Assembly: GCA_029560465.1 (NCBI GenBank)
Contig: JAKQKX010000045.1
Location: forward strand, 24,260 to 88,259
Direction of reading: 5' to 3'
DNA: 64,000 nt
From: Candidatus Omnitrophota bacterium
GTDB taxonomy: Bacteria > Omnitrophota > Gorgyraeia > Zapsychrales > JANLHA01
The translations under genes were made by a program, and so were the position numbers. Position 1 is the stretch's first letter. Each line of letters begins with the position of its first letter. The notes beneath the pieces are model-generated. The model made no database searches. It saw nothing but the letters and a program-made list of their open reading frames with translations, and had not been told where the DNA came from. Of the stretch, positions 22,740-32,062 are shown one piece after another.

Positions 22740-22812
22740 TAAAAAACCCCAGAACATCCGGCCAGCGTTTTATGCCCCAAAGGCTTGCTGGGACCAGAAG
22801 TTCTGGGGCCCT
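22740..22812 (-). terminator. probable intrinsic terminator after tRNA-Pro (CCCCAGAAC...GTTCTGGGG + T6)
   Basis: The minus strand reads GGCCCCAGAAC...GTTCTGGGGTTTTTTATTG immediately 3' of the tRNA. Confidence 0.4.
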
Positions 22813-22840
22813 GGCTTTATTGAACCATTTTCTGCATATA

Positions 22841-22917
22841 TGGTCGGGAAGGTGGGATTTGAACCCACGACCTCAACGTCCCGAACGTTGCGCGCTAGCC
22901 AGCTGCGCTACTTCCCG
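22841..22917 (-). tRNA. tRNA-Pro (anticodon CGG)
   Basis: Hand-folded cloverleaf: acceptor CGGGAAG/CTTCCCG, D-arm GCGC..GCGC, anticodon loop TTCGGGA, T-arm GTGGG-TTCAAAT-CCCAC, encoded CCA. Confidence 0.85.
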
Positions 22918-23045
22918 CAGTTCATACGAAAAGAAAAAGCAAAAATGAAGAATAACATTCTATCATTAACCGGGGAGAACGTCAACAGCAGCCCTCTGGC
23001 AAAAAAATCAAGTTCGGCCCGGCATGACTTTCCATGAGCCAGGCA

Positions 23046-24590
23046 TTATATCCTCTGCCAGGACAACAGCGCCATATTCCAGCCGCCGGTGGACCCGATC
23101 ATGCCCGGAGGCAGATAATTTTTCGCTTCCGGGACCTGATAGATGTTCGGGACCTGACCTGTCAGATCAAAAAAATTGGTCACAATCGACCCTATCAAAT
23201 CCGTTTGTTTATTGATGGAAATCTTGTTTTCCCCGTAAAAAAGGCCCATGACATCCAACTGGGAAGATGTCCCGAGGGCGATGTTATTGGGAGTCATAAA
23301 TCCGATGATATTTTCCACACCGGTCGACGGGACGTATGGGAAATTATGCTCCCCTCCGATAGGGACCGCCGGGGTCACCAGATCGGCGTTCACGCTGATA
23401 TTGCCGGTGACCAGAATAGAGGCTTTCCCCGTATACACAATAGCACTCCCTCCCCCGAAGCTCATATTCCCACCTTCAACATAAATAATCCCGTCCACGG
23501 TGAGATGGCCGCTGCCATCCATGCTGATGCTGCCTTTCCCGCCCGCATCCGTTAACGTAAAACTTGACGCAGCGGTGATATTGGATAAAAGGGCCAAATC
23601 AGCCGGGGCAGAAATCACATAGGCATTATCACGGAGATACTGCTGATAACTGGCGTATCCGCCATACGGGTCGGAAAGGCTGGGGAACGAAATATCATCT
23701 CCCATGTCATACGCGTTGGACCAGCCGTTATCAGAATACACATTGGCGATGCCGGAATTCCCGGTAAACCCGTCTGTGCTATAAACCGCGTCCGCGGTTT
23801 CCTTAACGGAGTTGCCCGGGACGTTTGTCGTGCCAACCGATGAGTTCCCGTCCAACCCCACGAGGCCGTGTTTCACCCGCAGGATCGCGCTTAACGTTTC
23901 CACCGTTTCTCCGTTATAAACCGTGGTCGGAAGCGCCGGCAACCGCCTCCGGAGGTCCGCCGCCAGCGCGGAATAGTTATTCCCGATCAGTTCAGCCGTA
24001 CCGCCCAGCTCCACGGCGTAGTCCGTGCTGGAAAGCCCGGTCCCAAGGATATGCACCGAGCCGCTGATATTCACGCATCCGGCAATCGTGGTCGCTCCTG
24101 TGCCCGGGTCGGACCCGGTCCCGGCGAAAATCGCGTTATCCCACGGAGAAACCGACGTCATTTTGGCATACACCTGTATGGTTTCCGAAGCATCGCCCAA
24201 AGTGCCCGTGGCCCGCATCGATATCCCCCGGCCGTCCGCCGTTTCTTTTTTCACCTGCACGGAATAAGAGCCGCCATTAAGCGTTGTGCCGACATAAGGC
24301 ATCGCATAAAAATTCGTCGTGTCGGGAAGATTCAGGGTATTGCCGTTTATATCTCCGTCCGCCCAACTCGGGCTGGAGGGGTCATTCCCAAAATCCTCCC
24401 TTAAATCATAGACAGCACGCGCGATCCCCGCCTCGGCGATGTGAAAGGCGATCACGCTCCGCCGTTCCCGTTCCGCAATCCGGCTTTCCGCCATGCTCAT
24501 GGCCACAAAAGCCGAGCCCAAAGTTAAGAGCACCGCCACCAGCAACAACGTCATCACCAATAAGCTTCCTCGTTCGTTATTGATTTTCAT
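23046..24590 (-). CDS. PilX N-terminal-domain minor pilin-like protein (type IV pilus assembly)
   Basis: N-terminus MKINNERGSLLVMTLLLVAVLLTLG...SRIAE...AEAGI matches the PilX_N signature; long Gly/Ser/Thr-rich beta-rich C-terminus. Confidence 0.75.
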   Translation of the reverse strand: MKINNERGSLLVMTLLLVAVLLTLGSAFVAMSMAESRIAERERRSVIAFHIAEAGIARAVYDLREDFGNDPSSPSWADGDINGNTLNLPDTTNFYAMPYVGTTLNGGSYSVQVKKETADGRGISMRATGTLGDASETIQVYAKMTSVSPWDNAIFAGTGSDPGTGATTIAGCVNISGSVHILGTGLSSTDYAVELGGTAELIGNNYSALAADLRRRLPALPTTVYNGETVETLSAILRVKHGLVGLDGNSSVGTTNVPGNSVKETADAVYSTDGFTGNSGIANVYSDNGWSNAYDMGDDISFPSLSDPYGGYASYQQYLRDNAYVISAPADLALLSNITAASSFTLTDAGGKGSISMDGSGHLTVDGIIYVEGGNMSFGGGSAIVYTGKASILVTGNISVNADLVTPAVPIGGEHNFPYVPSTGVENIIGFMTPNNIALGTSSQLDVMGLFYGENKISINKQTDLIGSIVTNFFDLTGQVPNIYQVPEAKNYLPPGMIGSTGGWNMALLSWQRI

Positions 24591-24614
24591 GATCCGCTTC
24601 CTTTCCAGCCCCTT

Positions 24615-25160
24615 TTAATTCCGCAATTTGACCACAAACGACTGGCTCAACGGCACGGTGTTTCCCTGGATCGTTTGTCTCTGCGCCTGCAAATTCACTT
24701 CCACCGTGTTCGGGGCGCTGACCGGCCGCCTGACCTGAAGCACGGTAATGTCCTGTGCGATATCACGGACGGACGCCCCATACTGCCGTTTTAATAATGT
24801 ACCTGAAAGATAATACTTAATTTTATCACTCGTCCAAATCGTCACGCCACCGGACACCCCATTGGCAACACTAAAAGTGATGACCGTTGACCAGCTGTTA
24901 GAAACAGGGACGTCGTCAATCGAAACCGCTCCGGCCTGCCGCAGGTCCAGCATCATCCAGTCCATCGCCTTGCGGAGGTCCTGCTGCAGTTCCACTTTGA
25001 CGTTATTGACCTGCCAGGTCATGATGCCCGATGTCAAGACCGAATACGCCGCGGTAATCACGATTGAATACACAACAACCGTAACTAAAATCTCCACCAG
25101 CGTTAACCCGGAAGCGCGGGCGAAAAATAGCCGCAATCTTTCTTCAGCTCTGCCTTTCAT
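24615..25160 (-). CDS. prepilin-type (PilW/GspJ-like) minor pilin
   Basis: Class III signal: leader ...ARASG | LTLVEILVTVVVY with Glu at +5. Confidence 0.7.
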   Translation of the reverse strand: MKGRAEERLRLFFARASGLTLVEILVTVVVYSIVITAAYSVLTSGIMTWQVNNVKVELQQDLRKAMDWMMLDLRQAGAVSIDDVPVSNSWSTVITFSVANGVSGGVTIWTSDKIKYYLSGTLLKRQYGASVRDIAQDITVLQVRRPVSAPNTVEVNLQAQRQTIQGNTVPLSQSFVVKLRN

Positions 25161-25196
25161 GATCAGGACAATCCTTTCTCTCCCAGGGCAAACGCC

Positions 25197-25745
25197 TTAC
25201 AGCCTGGCGACATAACTCTCGATAACAGCGGGCGAATCAATAAGCCCGTTTCCGTCTAAATCCTCTCCCGCATCCAGGGTGCCGTTTAAATTCTTGTCTT
25301 CCCCGATCACCCGGCCGTTCTGGTTTCGCCAGCAGGCCACGATGCGAATTTTTAAAAGCTTCGTGTTGCTCGCATCCATCGTGATCACGCCTATCCCCGT
25401 CACTTGGGACAGGTTGAAGGTATCCCCGGGGGTGCCTCCAAAAATGTAATCCGTCGTTATCAGGTTAAAATTATGGTTACGGATTGCTTCCATTCTCCCC
25501 TGGACCTCTGACATCACGACCGTGACATTCCGCGACATATCATTGAGTTCCGCAGAATAAATAAAAAGACGAAACATCCCGGTTAGGATAATAACCAGGA
25601 TCCCGGCGCAGATCAAAATTTCTAGCAAAGAAATTCCCCGGTTGTCATGCAGCCGGGCGCGTCCTGATTTCCGTACCGTAAAACTGGGACAATCGTGTCT
25701 ATTCATTGTTAAGCCGCCGCCCCTCCTGGTCATAATACGCTTCAA
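25197..25745 (-). CDS. prepilin-type minor pilin (PilV-like) with C-terminal Ca-binding-like DxDxDG loop
   Basis: ...NRG | ISLLEILICAGILVIIL with Glu at +5; unusually long leader; C-terminal DAGEDLDGNGLID. Confidence 0.65.
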   Translation of the reverse strand: MKRIMTRRGGGLTMNRHDCPSFTVRKSGRARLHDNRGISLLEILICAGILVIILTGMFRLFIYSAELNDMSRNVTVVMSEVQGRMEAIRNHNFNLITTDYIFGGTPGDTFNLSQVTGIGVITMDASNTKLLKIRIVACWRNQNGRVIGEDKNLNGTLDAGEDLDGNGLIDSPAVIESYVARL

Positions 25746-26286
25746 AGCGCAACTCTCCCTCTTGCGTGTATGCCCGTTGATACCCTCGGACCTGCTCTAT
25801 GTTAAAATTCCATTCATATTTTAATTTCCCGTTCCGGTAATAAATCTTGCCTGCCCCTTTTTCCTGCCCGCCTTTACAGGCATCACAATTCCGCGAATAA
25901 TCCGCCTCAAAACGCACCTGGCCATTTTTAAAGAATTCTTTCTCCGTCATTAAAACCCCATTGAGGTAATAGGACTCCTTCATTAATTCCCCTGTCGGGA
26001 AATACGTCCGGCTGGTCCCATGTTTCTCCCCTCGTTTATAATATTCTTCTCCGTACACTCCCGTGGTTTCATCGATGAATTTAACCTTCCCTTCCGGAAG
26101 TTTCCCCTCGACGTCTTTCTGGCCGTCCGCTGTCCTTCTTTGCAGACCGACCTCTTCGCCGTCTTTATAAAACACGTCGACCGAACACTCTTCCCCCCGG
26201 ATGACCTTGGTCTTTCTGAGAACGTCCTGGGAAAAGGCGCACACCGGCACACTTAAAAAAAGAACGGATAAAATAATGAAGCGCAT
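25699..26286 (-). CDS. secreted MORN-variant repeat protein (YwqK-family-like)
   Basis: Signal peptide followed by repeated Y(Y/F)KxGE...G...Y units (YYKDGEEVG, YYKRGEKHG, YYLNGVLM, YYRNGKL). Confidence 0.7.
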   Translation of the reverse strand: MRFIILSVLFLSVPVCAFSQDVLRKTKVIRGEECSVDVFYKDGEEVGLQRRTADGQKDVEGKLPEGKVKFIDETTGVYGEEYYKRGEKHGTSRTYFPTGELMKESYYLNGVLMTEKEFFKNGQVRFEADYSRNCDACKGGQEKGAGKIYYRNGKLKYEWNFNIEQVRGYQRAYTQEGELRFEAYYDQEGRRLNNE

Positions 26287-26468
26287 CTCCAGTTCCTCAA
26301 TTTAACCAGTTTACTCTAGTCAAAGTGTAGCACAAAATCATGGCAGGAGTAAGGGGATTCATCCTTTTGTGAAAAAAGGGTTTTGAAGGATATCCTCCCA
26401 GGAGAAAACTTCCCGGGACGGCCCTGACCGCGGACGCAGAGGATAAAAACAGCCCCTAACAGCAGAAA

Positions 26469-27755
26469 TTATCGCCGCATGGCCGCGCTTTCCCCCGCCA
26501 CATAACCTGTCGAGAAAGCCGCCTGCAGATTAAATCCTCCGGTGGTTCCGTCAATATCCAGCATTTCCCCGGCAAAAAACAAACCGCGGACAACCCGGGA
26601 CTCCATGGTCCTGGGATTGACATTTTTGAGGTCCACCCCCCCCTGAGTCACCATCGCTTCTTTAAAGCTTCGGGCCCCCCTGATATCCAGGATAAAATCC
26701 TTAAAAAGCCGAACCAGGGCTCTTTGTTCAGGAAGGGTGAGCTGGCAGAGCGCTTTATCCGGGGATACCCCCCCCTGCCGGAGAAAAACATCCACAAACC
26801 GGGCGGGGAGATAGCCCTTCAACGTGTTCTTGATTTTCCGGTGACGCGACACCAGGATATCGCTTGAAAAACGCTGGGTTAGTATTTCTTCGGTCAAAGA
26901 AGGTTTCAAATCAAGAGACACGGTAACTCGGTGCGGCACAGTCAACCAGTCCACGACCTGGCCGCTGTGAGAAAAAACCAACGGGCCGGAAACACCAAAA
27001 TCGGTAAAAAGCACTTCGCCGATATCAGAAACAATTTGCTTCTTGCCGTTTGAAAACCGGAGACGCACATTCTTAAGCGTCAGGCCGCGCATGTCCCCGG
27101 GGAAAGTCTGCCGCGTTTCCAGGCCAACCAGCGCCGGACGTAAAGGAACGACCCGGTGCCCCCAGCGGGATGCCATCAGAATACCCTCTCCCGTGGAACC
27201 GGTCGATGGATAAGACTTCCCGCCCGTAGCCCAAATAACGTGACAGCTTTTCAGCTGTTGGCCTGTTGCCAGGACCACCCCCGTGACGGTTTTATGATCA
27301 ACCGCGATATCCCGGGCTTCTGCCCGGAAGAGCACCTGGACACGGCGTGCTTGCAATTCTTTTTTCAAAGCCTCCAGGATACTCCCGGAGCGGTCGGAGA
27401 CCGGGAACACCCGGGCTTGCCTCTCGACTTTCAGGGCGACCCCCCGCTCTTCAAAAAAACGCATCAATTCGGCATTAAAAAATATTTTAAAAACATCCCG
27501 CAAAAAAGGCCCGTGCACGCCATAGCTGCCCAAGAAGACATCCAAGCCGGCGGCATTCGTAAGATTGCATCGGCCTTTCCCGGTTAATAACAGCTTCCGG
27601 CCCAGCGTGGCGTTTTTTTCAATCAGCGTCACGCTCGAACCCAACTGGGCGCCCCGGATAGCCGCCATCATCCCGGCCGGCCCCCCGCCCACAACAATAA
27701 TAGACGGATTTTGAGACCGATGATTCTTATCATGAAATGGTTGTTTGATTGTCAT
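26469..27755 (-). CDS. FAD-dependent flavoprotein, HI0933/BaiN/YhiN family
   Basis: IIVVGGGPAGMMAAI dinucleotide-binding motif; 428 aa typical of the family. Confidence 0.85.
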   Translation of the reverse strand: MTIKQPFHDKNHRSQNPSIIVVGGGPAGMMAAIRGAQLGSSVTLIEKNATLGRKLLLTGKGRCNLTNAAGLDVFLGSYGVHGPFLRDVFKIFFNAELMRFFEERGVALKVERQARVFPVSDRSGSILEALKKELQARRVQVLFRAEARDIAVDHKTVTGVVLATGQQLKSCHVIWATGGKSYPSTGSTGEGILMASRWGHRVVPLRPALVGLETRQTFPGDMRGLTLKNVRLRFSNGKKQIVSDIGEVLFTDFGVSGPLVFSHSGQVVDWLTVPHRVTVSLDLKPSLTEEILTQRFSSDILVSRHRKIKNTLKGYLPARFVDVFLRQGGVSPDKALCQLTLPEQRALVRLFKDFILDIRGARSFKEAMVTQGGVDLKNVNPRTMESRVVRGLFFAGEMLDIDGTTGGFNLQAAFSTGYVAGESAAMRR

Positions 27756-27782
27756 AACTTTAGGTCATAAAAAAGGACAATC

Positions 27783-27816
27783 CCGCGAGGATTGCCTTTT
27801 TCATTTACCGGAATAA
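27783..27816 (-). terminator. intrinsic terminator downstream of fabZ
   Basis: GGCAATCCTCGCGGGATTGTCC hairpin followed by T6 on the minus strand and flanked by an A-run, so symmetric. Confidence 0.5.
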
Positions 27817-27835
27817 AACCGATCAACACTCTTCG

Positions 27836-28270
27836 TTAAGATTCCTTAATACCGAACCCGATTTCCGCCTCCGCCACCAAAGACTCCCCGACACGCGCCT
27901 GGGTTTTAAGAAACCCGGCTTTCGGAAGCATCTTGATGGTCGTGACTTCGATGATCAACTGATCACCCGGCACGACCGGTTTGTGGAATTTAGCCGTGAC
28001 TTTCGCCAAATAATACGTGAGCTTCTTGCCCTGCATATTCTTGCTGTAATAAAAATAAACGCACCCCGCTTGGGCCATAGCCTCTATCATCAGGACCCCG
28101 GGCATCACCTTTTCGTCCGGGAAATGGCCGACGAAAAAATGTTCATTGATCGACACATTTTTTAAAGCGATCAACTTCTCATTCGGGCGCACGTCCAACA
28201 CCCGGTCAATAAGCAGAAACGGGAAGCGATGCGGGATAATCTTTTGAATATCATAAACAGTTAATTCCAT
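27836..28270 (-). CDS. fabZ: 3-hydroxyacyl-ACP dehydratase FabZ
   Basis: HFPDEKVMPGVLMIEAMAQ hot-dog active-site motif; likely start MELTVYDIQ. Confidence 0.9.
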   Translation of the reverse strand: MELTVYDIQKIIPHRFPFLLIDRVLDVRPNEKLIALKNVSINEHFFVGHFPDEKVMPGVLMIEAMAQAGCVYFYYSKNMQGKKLTYYLAKVTAKFHKPVVPGDQLIIEVTTIKMLPKAGFLKTQARVGESLVAEAEIGFGIKES

Positions 28271-28328
28271 GACACACTCCATTCCACATAGTTTTATTGA
28301 CAAGAAAGGTTTTTATTATAGCTCAAAC

Positions 28329-29081
28329 TTACCGGATCGCCAAGCCTCCATCCATCTGAATAATCTGGCCCGTGATATACTGCGCGGCTTCGCTCACCAG
28401 GAATTTCACGCAGGACGCCACATCGTCCGGGCAGCCAAACCGGCCCAGGGGGATATTTTTTAGAATAGCGTCCCGCTGCTGATCGGAGAGGGTGGACAGG
28501 ATGTCGGTTTCAATGTACCCGGGGGCCACCGCATTGACCCGGACCCCGTAAGCGGCGACCTCCTTGGCCAGGGATTTTGTAAAAGCGTTCACCCCGCCCT
28601 TGGAGGCGCTGTAATTTGTTTGCCGGGGCAAGCCCACAACCCCGCTGACGGAAGAAACCAGAATGACCTGCCCGCTTTTCTGTTTTAAAAATGTTACAAT
28701 ACAAGCCCGGGCCACGTTAAACATCCCGGTTAAATTCGTGTCGATAACCGCCAGCCAGTCTTCCGGCGTCATAAGCATGAGCGCTTTATCCTGAACGATC
28801 CCGGCGTTGTTGACCAAAATATCAATGCCGCCCAGGCGCTCTTTAACCCCGGCGATCCAATCCTTAACGCTGGCAAAATCCCTGATATCGACGCAGGCTT
28901 TATCACATTTGACGCCGAGCGCTAAAATATCCTGTTCCAAAGATTCGGCCGCCCCCGCCTGGCGGTGATAATTGAACGCGACATCCGCGCCTTCCCTGGC
29001 GAACATCAGGGCGATCGCCCGGCCAATCCCCCGGGAGCCCCCGGTCACAATCGCCACTTTCCCTTTTAAAGACTGTGTCAT
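28329..29081 (-). CDS. fabG: 3-oxoacyl-ACP reductase FabG
   Basis: TGGSRGIGRAIA, NNAGI and the S...YSASK catalytic triad region. Confidence 0.9.
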   Translation of the reverse strand: MTQSLKGKVAIVTGGSRGIGRAIALMFAREGADVAFNYHRQAGAAESLEQDILALGVKCDKACVDIRDFASVKDWIAGVKERLGGIDILVNNAGIVQDKALMLMTPEDWLAVIDTNLTGMFNVARACIVTFLKQKSGQVILVSSVSGVVGLPRQTNYSASKGGVNAFTKSLAKEVAAYGVRVNAVAPGYIETDILSTLSDQQRDAILKNIPLGRFGCPDDVASCVKFLVSEAAQYITGQIIQMDGGLAIR

Positions 29082-30319
29082 GATCGCGTCCCTGCCCGGC
29101 CCATCACCATACAGGCGTGATTCCCGCTGGGGCTAAAATTATTGATTAAAATCCGATTAAGCCTGGCCGGCCGAGCCGTGTTGGGAACGACGTCCAGCGG
29201 GCAATCGGGGTCCGGAGAAACATGATTAATCGTCGGCGGAATAAAATCTTTTTCCAGGGCTCCCAAGCAGGCGGCGACAGACAACGCACCGGAAGCGCTG
29301 TAACATTCCCCGAGCATGGACTTCACCGCGCTGACCGGAACCGTCTTGGCCCTTGGGCCGAAAATGTCCTGAATCGCCTGGCATTCAATCTTATCGGCCG
29401 CCGAAGTGGAATTGGCGTTGGCGCAGATGTAATCCATATCCCCGGCCGCCAACCCGGCCTCCTCCAGCGCCGACCGCATCGCCTTCACCATCCCCGTCCC
29501 CCGCGGATTGTATTTGTTGATCCGGTAGGGGTCAAAATAATACCCAAAAGACAGGACCTCCGCCATGATACACGCGCCTCTTTGAACGGCGTGGTCATAA
29601 TCTTCCATCGCCACCAGGCAGGCGCCTTCCCCAAAAGTAATGCCATTGCGACGGCGGTCAAACGGGCAATTGATAAACGGCTGGCCTTCTTTTGACCCGG
29701 AGAGAAATTGCAGGGCATGAAACCCCATAAACGTAGGCCAGCAGAGTTCTTCAAGGCCCCCGGCATACACAACCTTGGCCCGGCCCAGTTGCAGAAAATC
29801 ATAAGCGTATTTCATGGCGTCAAGACTGGCGGTGAATCCGGTCGAAATCGTGGCGTTAAACCCTTGAATATGATGCCAAATAGAAATCTGGCTCGCCGGG
29901 GAATTAATGACTGTATTCGGAAATAATCCCGGATTTGTGTACCGCGGCCCTTCTTTAAGAATCACCGTGTCAAAATCGACAATGCTTTGCAGACTTCCAA
30001 ACGTCGTGCCGAGAGCGACACCCACATCATCACTGTTGGTGTCATCGATTCGGAAACCGCTGTCTTCAATCGCGCATTTCGCCGCTGAAATGGCCAAAAG
30101 GGTGCTGCGGTCCAGGGTCCGGAGTCCTTTCGGCCCCATATAAGATTTGGCGTCGAAATTCTTAATCTCCGCCGCCTGCTTTACCCGGAACGGCCCAGAG
30201 TCAAACAGCGTAATAGGAGCACATCCGGAGGTCCCGTCCTGCAGAGCCTGCCAGAAATTATCCCGCCCCTGCCCGATCGAAGCGAGAACACCCAGCCCGG
30301 TTATGACAATTCTTTTCAT
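29078..30319 (-). CDS. beta-ketoacyl-ACP synthase (KAS II / type II PKS KS-CLF) family protein with all three catalytic residues substituted (Cys to Phe, His to Asn, His to Glu)
   Basis: Full-length thiolase-fold KAS homolog. The nucleophile motif reads ISTGFTASLDA (compare TACTSG / STGCTSGLDA). The first His motif reads ANANSTS (compare AHGTST). The second reads KSMLGECYSASG (compare KSMTGHLLGAAG). Confidence 0.8.
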   Translation of the reverse strand: MKRIVITGLGVLASIGQGRDNFWQALQDGTSGCAPITLFDSGPFRVKQAAEIKNFDAKSYMGPKGLRTLDRSTLLAISAAKCAIEDSGFRIDDTNSDDVGVALGTTFGSLQSIVDFDTVILKEGPRYTNPGLFPNTVINSPASQISIWHHIQGFNATISTGFTASLDAMKYAYDFLQLGRAKVVYAGGLEELCWPTFMGFHALQFLSGSKEGQPFINCPFDRRRNGITFGEGACLVAMEDYDHAVQRGACIMAEVLSFGYYFDPYRINKYNPRGTGMVKAMRSALEEAGLAAGDMDYICANANSTSAADKIECQAIQDIFGPRAKTVPVSAVKSMLGECYSASGALSVAACLGALEKDFIPPTINHVSPDPDCPLDVVPNTARPARLNRILINNFSPSGNHACMVMGRAGTRS

Positions 30320-30344
30320 GATTATATTATAGGGTAAATCCGGA

Positions 30345-30944
30345 TTATTTCAAATTCAAGTCATTATAACTGTGTAAAATATACTTCGCCAATATATCCG
30401 TCTCTAAATTGACCCGGTCCCCTTCCCGGGTCTGGCCGAAAGTGGTCACCTCCAGGGTGTGCGGGATCAGGTAGACGCTGAAATAATCCCGCATCACGCG
30501 CCCGATGGTCAGGCTGACACCGTCAACAGTAACCGAACCTTTCGGAGCGATATATTTCATAAGATCCGGCGAGGCGCCGATACGGAATTCCACGTAATTC
30601 GGCAGGGTCACGATCTTGACGACCTCCCCGGTGCCGTCGACATGCCCGGTCACAAAATGTCCTCCGATCCGGCTGTTCACCTTGAGCGACCGTTCCATGT
30701 TGACTTTCCCTCCCGGCCCGGCATATTTCAAACTGGTGGCTTCGATGGTCTCCTTCATCACGTCAAACATCAGCAGCTTCTTTTTTTTATCCGTGACCGT
30801 CAGGCAGACTCCGTTCACGCAAATACTGTCGCCGACTTTCGTCCCGCCCAGGACTTTATCCCCTTGGACAGCCAGGATAAACAGGTTTTCCTTCTTTTGA
30901 ACATTTTGTATGATGCCATATTCTTCCACGATTCCTGAAAACAT
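30345..30944 (-). CDS. ribE: riboflavin synthase alpha subunit RibE
   Basis: MFSGIVEE...GDSICVNGVCLTV with duplicated lumazine-binding halves. Confidence 0.9.
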   Translation of the reverse strand: MFSGIVEEYGIIQNVQKKENLFILAVQGDKVLGGTKVGDSICVNGVCLTVTDKKKKLLMFDVMKETIEATSLKYAGPGGKVNMERSLKVNSRIGGHFVTGHVDGTGEVVKIVTLPNYVEFRIGASPDLMKYIAPKGSVTVDGVSLTIGRVMRDYFSVYLIPHTLEVTTFGQTREGDRVNLETDILAKYILHSYNDLNLK

Positions 30945-30958
30945 AAACGGCTCCTCCG

Positions 30959-32056
30959 CTAATAATTCACTTGGGCCTGGATGAACATGTCGGGACCGAT
31001 CATCCGGGAATGCAACCAAGAAAGCCGGGTGCATTGCTCAATCTTTTTCCGCTTAAACCCGACAACCGAACTCAAAGCGTCGGCGTCCCCCAGGATCGCG
31101 GGCGCGATATACATATGCATCCGGTCCACCAGCTTGTCCTGTAAAGCGGCCCCGATCAGCCGCGCTCCGCCTTCAATCAAGATACTGGCGATTCCCTTAG
31201 AAGGCAAACAACGGAACAACCAGGCCAGATCAACCCGGCCATGCCGGGCCGGGCAAACGATAACCCCGTGCCCCCGGCGCTGATACCATTGAATCCGGGC
31301 CGGATCGGCGGACGCGGCGGTGGCGATCCAGCAATCTTTCGGATCGCAGTCCTGAAAAAAACGGGCCTGAAGCGGCGTGCGCAGCCGGCTGTCCACAACG
31401 ATCTTTTTTAACGGTTTCCGGGGGTCGGACGGATTTAAGGCCGGGTTATCTTTCAGCACCGTATCCACCCCGACCATAATCGCATCAAAATCGTTTCTTA
31501 ACGTCCTGGAAAACCGGCGGGCCTCCAGGGAGGTGATCCATTGCGAGTTCCCCGTTGAAGTCGCGATTTTACCATCCAGCGTCTGCGCCGCCTTAGCCAC
31601 GGTCCACGGCATGCCCGTCCGGATATATTTCTCAAACGCCACATTCATTTCCGTCAGGCAGCCGGCAAGAACGCCCACGCGCACCGTGATCCCGGCCCGG
31701 CGCAGTTTCCGGACTGATTTGCCGTGCGTCGCTGGGTTAGGGTCCTTGACCCCGACCACAACCGTTGTAACCCCGGAAGCGATCACCGCGTCCACGCACG
31801 GCGGGGTGCGCCCCTGGGTGAAACACGGTTCCAGCGTGACATAAAGTGTCGCGTTCCGAACGGCCCGGGGTCCCACCTGGCGCAGCGCCCAAATTTCCGC
31901 GTGCGGGCCCCCGCAACGCCGATGCCAGCCCTGCCCGACCACACGGCCCTGCTTCACGATCACGGCGCCCACCATGGGATTCGGGGAGGTCTTCCCCCTG
32001 CCTTTCAAGGCCAGCTCATAGGCCAGGCGCATATAAAATTCATCCTGCATCGCCAT
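30959..32056 (-). CDS. ribD: bifunctional diaminohydroxyphosphoribosylaminopyrimidine deaminase / 5-amino-6-(5-phosphoribosylamino)uracil reductase RibD
   Basis: CMP/dCMP deaminase zinc motif (HAEIWAL...PCxxC) plus a C-terminal reductase domain. Confidence 0.9.
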   Translation of the reverse strand: MAMQDEFYMRLAYELALKGRGKTSPNPMVGAVIVKQGRVVGQGWHRRCGGPHAEIWALRQVGPRAVRNATLYVTLEPCFTQGRTPPCVDAVIASGVTTVVVGVKDPNPATHGKSVRKLRRAGITVRVGVLAGCLTEMNVAFEKYIRTGMPWTVAKAAQTLDGKIATSTGNSQWITSLEARRFSRTLRNDFDAIMVGVDTVLKDNPALNPSDPRKPLKKIVVDSRLRTPLQARFFQDCDPKDCWIATAASADPARIQWYQRRGHGVIVCPARHGRVDLAWLFRCLPSKGIASILIEGGARLIGAALQDKLVDRMHMYIAPAILGDADALSSVVGFKRKKIEQCTRLSWLHSRMIGPDMFIQAQVNY

Positions 32057-32062
32057 GTCTTC

